Shown here: one piece after another, positions 1 through 8,618 of the stretch
Layout: every line of letters begins with the position of its first letter
Numbering within the stretch: the first letter of the stretch is position 1
From: Vulcanimicrobiota bacterium
GTDB lineage: Bacteria > Vulcanimicrobiota > Vulcanimicrobiia > Eremiobacterales > Eremiobacteraceae
Direction of reading: 5' to 3'
Assembly (NCBI GenBank): GCA_963805945.1
Contig: CAWDVP010000003.1
Coordinates: 32,001-96,000, forward strand
Length of the DNA: 64,000 nucleotides
The notes under the pieces: generated by a model
Told to the model about the DNA's origin: nothing
The model's input: the letters and a program-made list of their open reading frames with translations, nothing else
Databases searched by the model: none
Position numbers and translations under genes: made by a program

Positions 1-1240
1 CGGAGGGCGCGGCTGCGATCTTCGCGCCGATGATCGGCACGCGATCGTCGAGCCGGATCGGCAGAGCGATCGCCCCGGGCGGCGGTTGGAACGACGCCTG
101 GCTCAGCGCGTCCACCTCGCCGTGGAGGTAGTCTATGTGCACGACGCAGTTGTCGATGAAATCAAAACCGAGCAGCCCGGCGACCGGCGTGGATTCATCC
201 GCCCATTGGACAAAAGGTGCCGTCTCGACCGCGACATGGTCGAGCGAGGCCTTGCCGACTTCGATGCGCGGCACGATTGATCGGGTCGCAGTGTAGGTGC
301 CCGCCACGGTCTCGGTCTGCCGGCCGTAGACCGGCAGCTTCAGCGCATCGGCGACCGACTTGTTGAGCAAGATCTGCGAGGCGCCGGAATCGAGTATGAG
401 GTCGACCTTGCGGCCGCCGATCAGCGCGGTGAGGATGATCCGGTCCGCGATGATCTTACCCGGCAGCACGGCCGTCTGTGCGTCCAGCCTGAAGTTCGAT
501 CGGTCGCTCGCCGGCATCGCGAACCGCGCGGGGTCGATCGGCGTGCCGTATTGGAGCGACTGCACGACCCAATCATCATCGTTATGTGGACGGCCGTCGG
601 TCTGGTGCACGTGCCACGCGACCGTCCTGCCGTTGGTCGTGCGGAAATCGTCGAAACTGGTCACGATGCGCAGGCCCTCGAAGGCGCGCTCGACGCGTAC
701 GATCAAGAACGACTCGCGGTCGTAGAAGAAGTACTCAGTGCGGCCTCCGGGTGGGGCGATCCGCACCACATATGCCGGCGGTGCCGCAGTCTGGCCGAGC
801 AAGGTCACCACGTTGCCGGATGCAGACGCAGCCCGCAGCGCGAGCGCGCTGACGTCGTCGCGCCGGTGGACTCCGCTCACCAGCACGGTGAGCCCATTGG
901 CGTTGCGATCCCATTGCCGGCCGTGATAGCTACCGTCGGCAGTATGGAACGGGCCGAGCACGGTGTCCTCGCGATAGTCGTCACCGGACGACACTAGCGT
1001 CTGCGTGCCGCTCAGGTCGCCTTCCATGTAAAGCCACGTCTCCGAGGTCGTGCCGAGCGACGCGCTCGTCGCGCCGACCGCCCGCTTGTGCGACGCGATG
1101 AGCTGCGCGAGCGTCATCGTCGTCGGCACGATGCCGACGGGAGGGCCGGTGTCGGACGGGGTGGGCGCCGCATCCGCAAGCGCGAAGCCGGCGAGAACGA
1201 AGCAAGCTGCGAAGAGCAACGCTAGGGTGTGCTTGCGCAT
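1..1240 (-). CDS. Secreted retropepsin-like aspartyl protease family protein (3' end runs off the window)
   Basis: Not in the ORF track; translated by hand from ATG at 1240: MRKHTLALLFAACFVLAGFALA signal peptide, later IILTALIGGRKVDLILDSGASQ (DSG motif). Paralog of the upstream gene. Confidence 0.8.
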   Translation of the reverse strand, partial: MRKHTLALLFAACFVLAGFALADAAPTPSDTGPPVGIVPTTMTLAQLIASHKRAVGATSASLGTTSETWLYMEGDLSGTQTLVSSGDDYREDTVLGPFHTADGSYHGRQWDRNANGLTVLVSGVHRRDDVSALALRAASASGNVVTLLGQTAAPPAYVVRIAPPGGRTEYFFYDRESFLIVRVERAFEGLRIVTSFDDFRTTNGRTVAWHVHQTDGRPHNDDDWVVQSLQYGTPIDPARFAMPASDRSNFRLDAQTAVLPGKIIADRIILTALIGGRKVDLILDSGASQILLNKSVADALKLPVYGRQTETVAGTYTATRSIVPRIEVGKASLDHVAVETAPFVQWADESTPVAGLLGFDFIDNCVVHIDYLHGEVDALSQASFQPPPGAIALPIRLDDRVPIIGAKIAAAPS

Positions 1241-1241
1241 C

Positions 1242-2873
1242 CTACTGCCCGATTCTGAAGGTCTTGTTGAAGAATTCGTTGTGCTTGAGCAGCACGCGCC
1301 CTCGTGCGAAGTCATACGAGACGTCGTAATATGCCAGGAACTGCGTGCCCATGACCGCGTCGACCTTATGACCGCCGGGATCCCACGCGATGTTGGTCGC
1401 GAGGATCTTATAGTTCAAGAAACGCGTCGGGCCGATGCGGATGTCGGGCACGTTCGCGACCCACACGTCGAGATCTCGGCCATAGGTGCCGCTGTCGGCG
1501 AATGGGACGACTGTATGGTGATGCTCCTCGCCCTTCGACGCGTCGACGACCGCTTCCGGATATGATTCGGTGAACGATCCAAAAACGAACGAGTACAGGA
1601 ACGAGCTGTCCAGCAGCACATTCTCGGTCTCATGTGACGAGATGACGCACGTGATGAACGGCAAACCGTCATCGAAGCGCACCGGGAGGACATAAGTATC
1701 GGCACCGACGGTGGGTGTGATTCCCAGCGGCGTCGCGGAGACGTGTTCGTTGACATAGTCCACGCTGAAGAGGGCGCTGCTGAGAAAATCGTAGCCCAAA
1801 ACGCCCACCACTCTCGTATCGGCATCGGCGTGGTAGTGGAACGGCAGTGCCTCAAGCGCGAAGTCCTTCAGGTGCAGGTCACCGATGGCCGCGTCCGCGA
1901 TCTGGGTCTCGTAGGGCTCCGGCAGTCCCTCCGCGCTGGTCACGTGGCCGAACGTGGGGAGGTGAAGTTCCGCTGCGACGCCGGCGTCGATGTACGAATG
2001 CCCGTCGCCCGACGATAGCTCGAAATCCAGACCGCGTCCACCGACGGTCATCCGCACGATCACCGTGCCGCGGACGACGCGGGCGTCGAGGTAGACGGGG
2101 CGCTCGGTCCGCATGAAGCCGATCTCATTGGGCGGTTTCTTGAACTCAGCTTCGGCGATCGAGCTTTGGAAGGCGATCGACTGCCGCCGGAAATCGTCGT
2201 CGAGCGCGGGCGTCCCCTCGGAGTCGTGGATGTGCGTGGGCTCGGTGAGACCCTGCACGGTCTGATAGTCGTCGTAGATGCTGACAAGGCGCCGCTTATC
2301 GACGACCTGCTCGGTCCGTATCACCAGCGCGGTCTGCTTGTCGAAAAAGACCCATTCCGGATGCTTGGTGTCCGGGCGTTTCACTTCAATGACGTAAGCG
2401 GGTTGCGGCGCGCTAACCTCGCCCAACAGCTTCACGTCGTTCTTGGGGTCCGAGGCGGCGTCGAGCACGCGATACATCAAGAAGCTGGTGTATTCGCTGC
2501 CGCTACTGTCGGAGGGCGCGCCGTTCTGGTTCATGTACCAGCGCGCATCGCCGGACTGGCCGTATTCCTCGGTGAACGGCCCGGTCACGATGACTGAATG
2601 ATAGTCGGTGCCGCGGCGGACGAGCCGCTCGGTGCCCTGCGAACCCGCGCTCGTGAACGCCCACATCTCCACGCGCACGGCAGCGGGGCCTTTCACGAGC
2701 CGGCCTGCCGCCGCGTCGTGCGCTTTGAGGATAGAACTCAAGCTGGCGGTCGTCGGAACGATGCCCGGCGGGGGATCGTCTTTCGTAACGTCGGCGTTGC
2801 GGGCAAACGCGACGCGCGACGCCGTCAAACACAGCGCCACGCACAGCAGCGACACGAGCGTGCGATTCACCAC
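1242..2873 (-). CDS. Secreted two-domain aspartyl-protease-like protein with degenerate catalytic motifs
   Basis: GTG start after AGGAG; signal peptide; GVLGYDFL and AVMGTQFL retropepsin-type motifs; FELSSG and LLDSS in place of D(S/T)G. Confidence 0.75.
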   Translation of the reverse strand: MVNRTLVSLLCVALCLTASRVAFARNADVTKDDPPPGIVPTTASLSSILKAHDAAAGRLVKGPAAVRVEMWAFTSAGSQGTERLVRRGTDYHSVIVTGPFTEEYGQSGDARWYMNQNGAPSDSSGSEYTSFLMYRVLDAASDPKNDVKLLGEVSAPQPAYVIEVKRPDTKHPEWVFFDKQTALVIRTEQVVDKRRLVSIYDDYQTVQGLTEPTHIHDSEGTPALDDDFRRQSIAFQSSIAEAEFKKPPNEIGFMRTERPVYLDARVVRGTVIVRMTVGGRGLDFELSSGDGHSYIDAGVAAELHLPTFGHVTSAEGLPEPYETQIADAAIGDLHLKDFALEALPFHYHADADTRVVGVLGYDFLSSALFSVDYVNEHVSATPLGITPTVGADTYVLPVRFDDGLPFITCVISSHETENVLLDSSFLYSFVFGSFTESYPEAVVDASKGEEHHHTVVPFADSGTYGRDLDVWVANVPDIRIGPTRFLNYKILATNIAWDPGGHKVDAVMGTQFLAYYDVSYDFARGRVLLKHNEFFNKTFRIGQ

Positions 2874-3035
2874 TGACTCCTGAAAAGCAAGAGCAACGGT
2901 GTATGGTGGGGAGGCCTTGGCCAGCGGCCGCGCGGTCCCTCTGCGAACCCGCACGGGACACGAAGTGAAGTTCGATGCCTCAAAGAAGAGGGCGTTTCAC
3001 TGCAGACCGGCCCGCACGGGCCGAGGGGGAGATCC

Positions 3036-4058
3036 ATGCCGAAGATGCGCGCCGTGACCGTCACCGGGCCTAACGCTCCGTTTGCGATGCTGGAACGCGA
3101 CATCCCGCAGCCCGGCGCCGGCGAAGCACGCGTCGAGGTGCAGGCATGCGGCATCTGCCACAGCGACTCGCTCACGAAAGAAGCCCATTGGCCCGGCATC
3201 GCGTACCCGCGCGTGATCGGACACGAGATCGCGGGCGTCATCGACGCGCTTGGCGCCGGTGTCGCCGGGTGGAGCGTCGGCCAACGCGTCGGCGTCGGAT
3301 GGCACGGCGGGCACTGCGGCCACTGCGACTCATGCCGGCGCGGCGATTTCCTCACCTGTCGCGTCGCCCCGAAGATCCCCGGCATCTCATATGACGGCGG
3401 CTACGAAGACTACATGATCGCCCCCGCGGCCTGTTTGGCGCTGATCCCCGACGAGCTCTCCGCGGTCGAGGCCGCGCCGCTCATGTGCGCGGGCGTCACG
3501 ACGTACAACTCGCTGCGCCACAGCGGCGCACGTCCGGGTGACGTCGTCGCGGTGCTCGGCGTAGGCGGGCTCGGCCACCTCGGGGTCCAGTACGCGGCGA
3601 AGATGGGCTTCGACACGGTCGCGATCGCTCGCGGCGCCGATAAAGAAGCGCTGGCGAAGCAGCTCGGCGCGCATCATTACATCGACAGCACGGCCCACGA
3701 CGTCGCGGCAGAACTGCTCAAACTCGGCGGCGCCAGAGTCGTCCTCGCGACGACCACCAGCGGAAAGGCGATGGCAGCCGTGCTCGGCGGGCTGGGGGTC
3801 GACGGCAAACTGCTCGTCGTCGGCGCGGCATTCGACCCGATGGAGGTGCCGGCCGGCGCGCTTATCGGAGGGCGCCGCTCGATCGCGGGCTGGCCATCGG
3901 GCACGTCGATCGATTCGCAGGACGCGATGAATTTCTCCGCGCTCACCGGCGTGCGATCGATGAACGAGGTCTTTCCGCTGGAACGCGCGGCTGAGGCGTA
4001 CGCCCGCATGATGAGCGGCGCCGCGCGCTTCCGAGTCGTGCTCGCGACCGAACGATAG
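3036..4058 (+). CDS. Zinc-dependent alcohol dehydrogenase (AdhP-like MDR family)
   Basis: CGICHSD, GHEIAG, CGHCDSC...C structural zinc site, GVGGLG Rossmann motif. Confidence 0.95.
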   Translation: MPKMRAVTVTGPNAPFAMLERDIPQPGAGEARVEVQACGICHSDSLTKEAHWPGIAYPRVIGHEIAGVIDALGAGVAGWSVGQRVGVGWHGGHCGHCDSCRRGDFLTCRVAPKIPGISYDGGYEDYMIAPAACLALIPDELSAVEAAPLMCAGVTTYNSLRHSGARPGDVVAVLGVGGLGHLGVQYAAKMGFDTVAIARGADKEALAKQLGAHHYIDSTAHDVAAELLKLGGARVVLATTTSGKAMAAVLGGLGVDGKLLVVGAAFDPMEVPAGALIGGRRSIAGWPSGTSIDSQDAMNFSALTGVRSMNEVFPLERAAEAYARMMSGAARFRVVLATER

Positions 4059-4086
4059 AAAACGGCGGCCGACAAAGGCCGCCGTT
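4059..4086. terminator. Probable bidirectional intrinsic terminator
   Basis: AACGGCGGCC-GACAAA-GGCCGCCGTT 10-bp stem between convergent genes, A-run on the left. Confidence 0.7.
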
Positions 4087-4123
4087 CTCCGTGCGATTCG
4101 CTGGGCCTGTCTGGACCGACTCG

Positions 4124-5068
4124 TCACGGTCCCCAGGTGATGGCGAAGGGCTGACTGTTAACGGCAGTCGTTATCGTCGTCACCGGCGCGCTCGCGGCGG
4201 TGAACGGCGGGCTGTAGATGGTCACGGTATTCCCACCGGCGTTCGAGGCGTAGAGGTTCCCGGAGGAGTCGAACGCGAGGGCAGATGGCTTGTTAAGGCC
4301 GCTCGTGCCGCCGCTGATCGTGGTGGCGGGCACGCTCGCGTTGGTGAACGGCGGATTGAAGATGTAGATCTTGTTGTTGGCGTAGTCGGAGACGTAGAGA
4401 TTGCCCGTCCCATCGAAGGCGATCCCCTCGGGGCCGGCACCAGCGATCGGAATGGTCGTCGCCGGAGTGCTCGCATTGGTGAATGGCGGCGTGAAGATCT
4501 GGACGCTGGCCCCACTGTAACCGACCACGTAGAGCTTGCCGGTCGCGTCGAAGATGATGTCGTGCGGCGCGTTGGAGCAGTTGAACATCACGGTCGGGGT
4601 TTCGGCCGCGGTGAACGGCGGCGTGTAGATCTGGATATTGTCGTTGAAATTATCCGCGACGAAGAGCCTGCCGGTGCCGTCGAACGCCAATCCGATGGGA
4701 TTCACCAGGTTTATGTTGGCCATGGTCAGCGTCGGTGTGCTCGCGTTGCTCAGAGGCGGCGCGAAGAGCTGGATATTGCCGTCGGAGAGGTCCGACACGT
4801 ACATCGTCTTGGCGGTGTCGAAGGCGATGCCGAAGGACCGGCTGGTGGCGCCGCTCAATGTGACCGTGATCGAAGCCGTACTCGCATTGCTCAGCGGCGG
4901 CACGAAGATGGGGACCGTGCCAGGTGCGCTGCCCGGAGCGAGGCCGACATAGAGGCGCGCCAATGATGGCGTCGGTGTCGGCGTCGGACCGGAGGTGGAC
5001 GTCGAACTGCAGGCGACGAGCACCAGCGCGACCACGACGAAAATCGCTTTGCGAATGGATCCGCCCAT
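4124..5068 (-). CDS. NHL-repeat beta-propeller lipoprotein
   Basis: Lipobox LVAC, PT linker, repeated G(I/L)AFDxxGxLYVxD...IxxPP(F/L) blades; GGAGG RBS. Confidence 0.85.
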   Translation of the reverse strand: MGGSIRKAIFVVVALVLVACSSTSTSGPTPTPTPSLARLYVGLAPGSAPGTVPIFVPPLSNASTASITVTLSGATSRSFGIAFDTAKTMYVSDLSDGNIQLFAPPLSNASTPTLTMANINLVNPIGLAFDGTGRLFVADNFNDNIQIYTPPFTAAETPTVMFNCSNAPHDIIFDATGKLYVVGYSGASVQIFTPPFTNASTPATTIPIAGAGPEGIAFDGTGNLYVSDYANNKIYIFNPPFTNASVPATTISGGTSGLNKPSALAFDSSGNLYASNAGGNTVTIYSPPFTAASAPVTTITTAVNSQPFAITWGP

Positions 5069-5179
5069 ATGATCCTCCGTAAAAAAGCATGCGCCCAGGG
5101 AGAGTCTGCTCGGGCGCGTCGGGGATAGTTATCGCCTAAAGGGTAGCGCCCCTTGCGTGCGCCGTCACAAGTGCGGACT

Positions 5180-6709
5180 TTAGTGGATGGTCTGACGCGG
5201 CCGCTGCGGGTGATCCGCCTTGACGCCCGGGATAGGCCGGTCTGCCGCGGAGGTGCGACGAGCCGTGAACCCAAGCGCGAGAATGCCCGGCTTAGGCGCG
5301 TACATCCCCTCGTCGAAGATCCCAGCGACCGGCGCGTTCGCCACCGCGAAGATCCCCACCGGATGGCCCGCGCTATAGGCGGTCGCGATGTAGTCGCCCA
5401 CCATCTGGCCTTGGCTGGTCGCCGCCAGCCACGCGACGTTCATCGAGCCGGCGAGCGTGACCGGCGCTCCCCACGTCGTGCCGCCGTCTTGCGACGCGAT
5501 GAAGCCGACGAAGAGCTGGCAGGTCGCCACCGAGCAATTGGTGTTGGCGTAGTAGTAGTACGTGAGGCCGATATGCGCGCCCGCGCCGCTCGTCGCGGGA
5601 TCGATGCCGATGCCCGGGATGAAGTGATCGACGCCGCTCGTGACCAGGTCGATGGGGATGCGCGTCGGAATCGTCCACGAGGTGCCGTTCGACGACGTGC
5701 TCATGACGATGTCGTTGGCCGAGCAGCCCGCGCGAAAGCGGCAGTCCTGCCACACCGTATACACTTTGCCGGCGCCGTCGATGGCCGCAGAGGGCAGCGG
5801 GCCGCTGCGGATGCCGGCGGCGTCCAAGTGGTCTGTGATGGCCGAGACGATCACAGAGCCCGTCCAGCTCGCGCCGCCGTCCGTCGAGGTAAACGCGAGG
5901 ATGTTCGAAAGACTCGCATCGCCGATGGGCACGATGACGGTGCCGTTCGGCTGCACCAGCTGCTGTCCGCCGAGGCCGGTGGCGTTGTCCGCGGTGTTCA
6001 ACGTCGGACCCCACGTGAGGCCGCCGTCGGACGATGTGTTCATGTGGATGAGATCGCCGGCGCTCGGATCGTCCCACTCGACGTAGCAGTTGCCGTAGTG
6101 CGGGCTGCCGGGCGAATCGTCGCACGTGATCCAGTCCTTGTCGTTCGAGTTCACGATGGGCGTGACGCTCACCGGCGCGCTCCAGTTGATGCCGTCGCTC
6201 GAGCGGTTCACCAGCACCGCCGGCGTCAGCGTCGCGCTGAAGAAGATCGGCAACGATGAGGCCAGCCACACGGCGTGTTTGGCGTCGAACGCGATCCCCG
6301 GATCGCTGACGCTGTCGTATGGCCCGGGCGGCGCGACGTAGGTGGTCGTGCTCGGCAGCGAACCCGAGGTCCAGGTCGCGCCGCCGTCGAGCGACCTGGC
6401 GAAACCGATATCGGATGAACCGCCGTTGAAGAACCTGCCCTGCTGAAAGGTGGCGACGAGGGTGCTGCCAGATGCGAATATCGACGGCTCGACCTCAGTC
6501 GCGTGCTGGCTTCCCGCGTTGAGGAAAGGATCGGCACTGATGCGATTCGCGTTCGTCGTGATCGGCGGCGGCGTCGGTACCGGCGGCGTGCCGCCGCCCC
6601 CGTTCGAGCCGCCCCCGCACCCGGTCGCCAGACCGACAGCGGAGAGCAATGAGGCGATACAGGCGGTCGAATAAATTCGACCGCTCCATGGACTAGAGGC
6701 GCTTCGCAT
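5180..6709 (-). CDS. Sialidase-family / Asp-box (BNR) repeat lipoprotein
   Basis: Lipobox-like ATGC then Gly/Pro linker; several SxDGGxTW Asp-boxes; DKDW and GDY motifs. Start uncertain (ATG 6709 overlaps the GNAT gene end). Confidence 0.8.
   Translation of the reverse strand: MRSASSPWSGRIYSTACIASLLSAVGLATGCGGGSNGGGGTPPVPTPPPITTNANRISADPFLNAGSQHATEVEPSIFASGSTLVATFQQGRFFNGGSSDIGFARSLDGGATWTSGSLPSTTTYVAPPGPYDSVSDPGIAFDAKHAVWLASSLPIFFSATLTPAVLVNRSSDGINWSAPVSVTPIVNSNDKDWITCDDSPGSPHYGNCYVEWDDPSAGDLIHMNTSSDGGLTWGPTLNTADNATGLGGQQLVQPNGTVIVPIGDASLSNILAFTSTDGGASWTGSVIVSAITDHLDAAGIRSGPLPSAAIDGAGKVYTVWQDCRFRAGCSANDIVMSTSSNGTSWTIPTRIPIDLVTSGVDHFIPGIGIDPATSGAGAHIGLTYYYYANTNCSVATCQLFVGFIASQDGGTTWGAPVTLAGSMNVAWLAATSQGQMVGDYIATAYSAGHPVGIFAVANAPVAGIFDEGMYAPKPGILALGFTARRTSAADRPIPGVKADHPQRPRQTIH
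6663..6690 (-). repeat. REP-like palindrome (GGAG-CGGTCGAA family) in the 5' coding region of the sialidase-like gene
   Basis: CATGGAGCGGTCGAATTTATTCGACCGC; near-identical copies at 18045, 47906, 57315, 61708. Confidence 0.8.
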
Positions 6710-7172
6710 AGTGCGTATGCTCGGGTTCGTATCCAAGCGCTTTGTAGAAAGCGCGTGCGGGGACGTTCTGTTCCAATACATTGAGCGTCACCAGTTCGCA
6801 ACCGCGGCCGCGAGCCCATTCCTCGCATGCGGATATCAAGGCTCGGCCTACCCCGCCGCGGCTGCGGGCGACCACAACTTCAGAGATATGCGCCACCGGA
6901 CCGCCGGTGAAGAAGTCATCGACCAGCACGACCCAAGCGAAGCCGGCGCGCGAGTCCGCACGCTCCGCGATGAAGATCGCTGAACGCCCCGAACTTGGTG
7001 GACCCGAGCTGCGCTCAGGCAATACGGGCTCCGCGAGAGCGCGTTCGAGCTGCGCATTGGTCCCCGCGATCAGTTGTGCGGGCGTGCGCCACGCGGGAAC
7101 GCCGTTCTCGAAAAGCCGCGGCACGAGCCCCACGATGAAGTCGCGGTCGTCTGAGGTCGCCCGACGTATCAC
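6693..7172 (-). CDS. GNAT family N-acetyltransferase
   Basis: IRRAT start, RGGVGRALI acetyl-CoA motif, NxxARAFYKALGY. Start could be upstream (7274). Confidence 0.85.
   Translation of the reverse strand: MIRRATSDDRDFIVGLVPRLFENGVPAWRTPAQLIAGTNAQLERALAEPVLPERSSGPPSSGRSAIFIAERADSRAGFAWVVLVDDFFTGGPVAHISEVVVARSRGGVGRALISACEEWARGRGCELVTLNVLEQNVPARAFYKALGYEPEHTHYAKRL
7003..7025 (-). repeat. REP-like palindrome (GTAGTGCCCGAGCGCAGCTCGGG family) inside the GNAT gene
   Basis: GTATTGCCTGAGCGCAGCTCGGG, 2 mismatches to the copy at 37729-37751. Confidence 0.7.
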
Positions 7173-7386
7173 CGGATCGAGCGTTCTTAGAGGGTTCGGT
7201 GGTATCCTAGGCTCCGCCGGCTGTGCCGGATTCCGGCGATGAAGGGGGTCCGTTTCAAGAAACTGTGACGACATCGCGGACGACCTGCGCGGAGGCGAGA
7301 CTCCCGCGACGACGAAATATGCTGGCGTCGCCTGCCAGCCCACCTGGTATCGCGCACTTAGGTACAGTCAACGAGGTGGCATCGTC

Positions 7387-7647
7387 GTGCTGCAGTTAAT
7401 CGCGCTTCTTGCCGTGGCGGGTGTTGCCTATTACTACTTGGGGTGGCCCTGGGCGCTGGCGGTCGTCGTCGCGTACTTCGCCATCGGGTACTTCTATAGG
7501 ATGTGGCGCGCCAATGCGGACCGTGAGGCCGCCGTGCAGGTCCTACGCACGCCTTTGTCCGACGCCGAGAAGATCCACATGGACCTGATGAAAGAGCGCG
7601 ATCAGCGCATGGCGCAGCGACAGGCGACCAAGAACAAGTATCGCTGA
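7387..7647 (+). CDS. Small membrane protein, hypothetical
   Basis: GAGGT RBS, two hydrophobic helices, basic helical tail. Confidence 0.65.
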   Translation: MLQLIALLAVAGVAYYYLGWPWALAVVVAYFAIGYFYRMWRANADREAAVQVLRTPLSDAEKIHMDLMKERDQRMAQRQATKNKYR

Positions 7648-7656
7648 CCCAGGGGC

Positions 7657-7752
7657 TCAGCTCGCGGCGGCGCGTTTCTTCCAGGCGCCGTAGATCAAGC
7701 CCAACATCACAAGCCCGAGCAAGACGCAGCCGGCGTAGATGACCCACAGCAT
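7657..7752 (-). CDS. Possible 31-aa single-pass membrane peptide
   Basis: MLWVIYAGCVLLGLVMLGLIYGAWKKRAAAS: one TM helix with basic C-terminus; weak RBS. Confidence 0.4.
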   Translation of the reverse strand: MLWVIYAGCVLLGLVMLGLIYGAWKKRAAAS

Positions 7753-7912
7753 GAGCCGGTGTTCTTCATCATGCACGTTCTGCAGCAGCACTGCTCCTGG
7801 CGCCAACCGGACCCTTCGAAGGATGGCATCAAATCGCGGGTGAAGCGACGACGGGCCGGGACACCGCGGGACGGAGCTTCCGATCGCCCGCGCGCTCGCG
7901 ATTGCTGGGGGC

Positions 7913-8419
7913 ATGCTACAGGTCATCGAAACGGAGTTCGCCGACGCCCGCATCTTCGTCCCCGACGTGTTTCCGGATGCGCGCGGCTTCTTCAAAGAGA
8001 CATATTCGCGCAAGAAGTATGCCGCGCTCGGGCTCGACGACGAGTGGGTGCAAGACAGCGTCTCCCGCTCGCGCAAACACGTGCTGCGCGGCATGCATTA
8101 CGACGCGCGCATGGCCAAGCTCGTGCAGTGCCTCGACGGCCGCGTCTTCGACGTCATCGTCGACCTGCGCGAGCACTCGCCCACCTTCCGGCGCTGGCAA
8201 GGCTTCGAACTTTCCGCCGACAACCACCATCAGCTCTACGTGCCGGCGGGCTTCGCGCACGGTTTCCTGGCGCTCGAGGACGCGGTCGTGCACTACAAGA
8301 TGAGCGCCCACTTCGATCCGGCCCACGAGCGCGTGCTGAGCTGGAAAGACCCTGGCGTCGGCATCGCCTGGCCGCTGACCGCCGAACCGATCCTCTCGGA
8401 GAAAGACGCCAATGCCTGA
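7913..8419 (+). CDS. rfbC: dTDP-4-dehydrorhamnose 3,5-epimerase
   Basis: FPDARGFFKE, VLRGMH, FDVIVDLR, LYVPAGFAHGF, LSEKD motifs. Confidence 0.95.
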   Translation: MLQVIETEFADARIFVPDVFPDARGFFKETYSRKKYAALGLDDEWVQDSVSRSRKHVLRGMHYDARMAKLVQCLDGRVFDVIVDLREHSPTFRRWQGFELSADNHHQLYVPAGFAHGFLALEDAVVHYKMSAHFDPAHERVLSWKDPGVGIAWPLTAEPILSEKDANA

Positions 8420-8618
8420 TGCGCGGACACGATTCGTCGACCTCGTCGCAGCGCTCGGCGAGCAGGTCGTCGATCTCGAACGGCGGGTGAGCGCGCTGGA
8501 GAAGGGCGCGCCGCCTCCGCGGCGCATCGCCGCCTCGGATCTGCGGCGCATCGCGAAAGCGCTGATGCGCGAATCGCTCGGCGTCGCCGCCGGCGCGAAG
8601 AGAAAGACGGACGACTGA
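8412..8618 (+). CDS. Small hypothetical protein with short coiled coil
   Basis: Overlaps the rfbC stop and the next start (TGATG), LERRVSALE heptad. Confidence 0.6.
   Translation: MPDARTRFVDLVAALGEQVVDLERRVSALEKGAPPPRRIAASDLRRIAKALMRESLGVAAGAKRKTDD

Noticed and set aside
7173..7386. Possible structured RNA in a 200-bp gap
   Set aside because: Only short GC hairpins; no family recognised; may be partly GNAT coding sequence.
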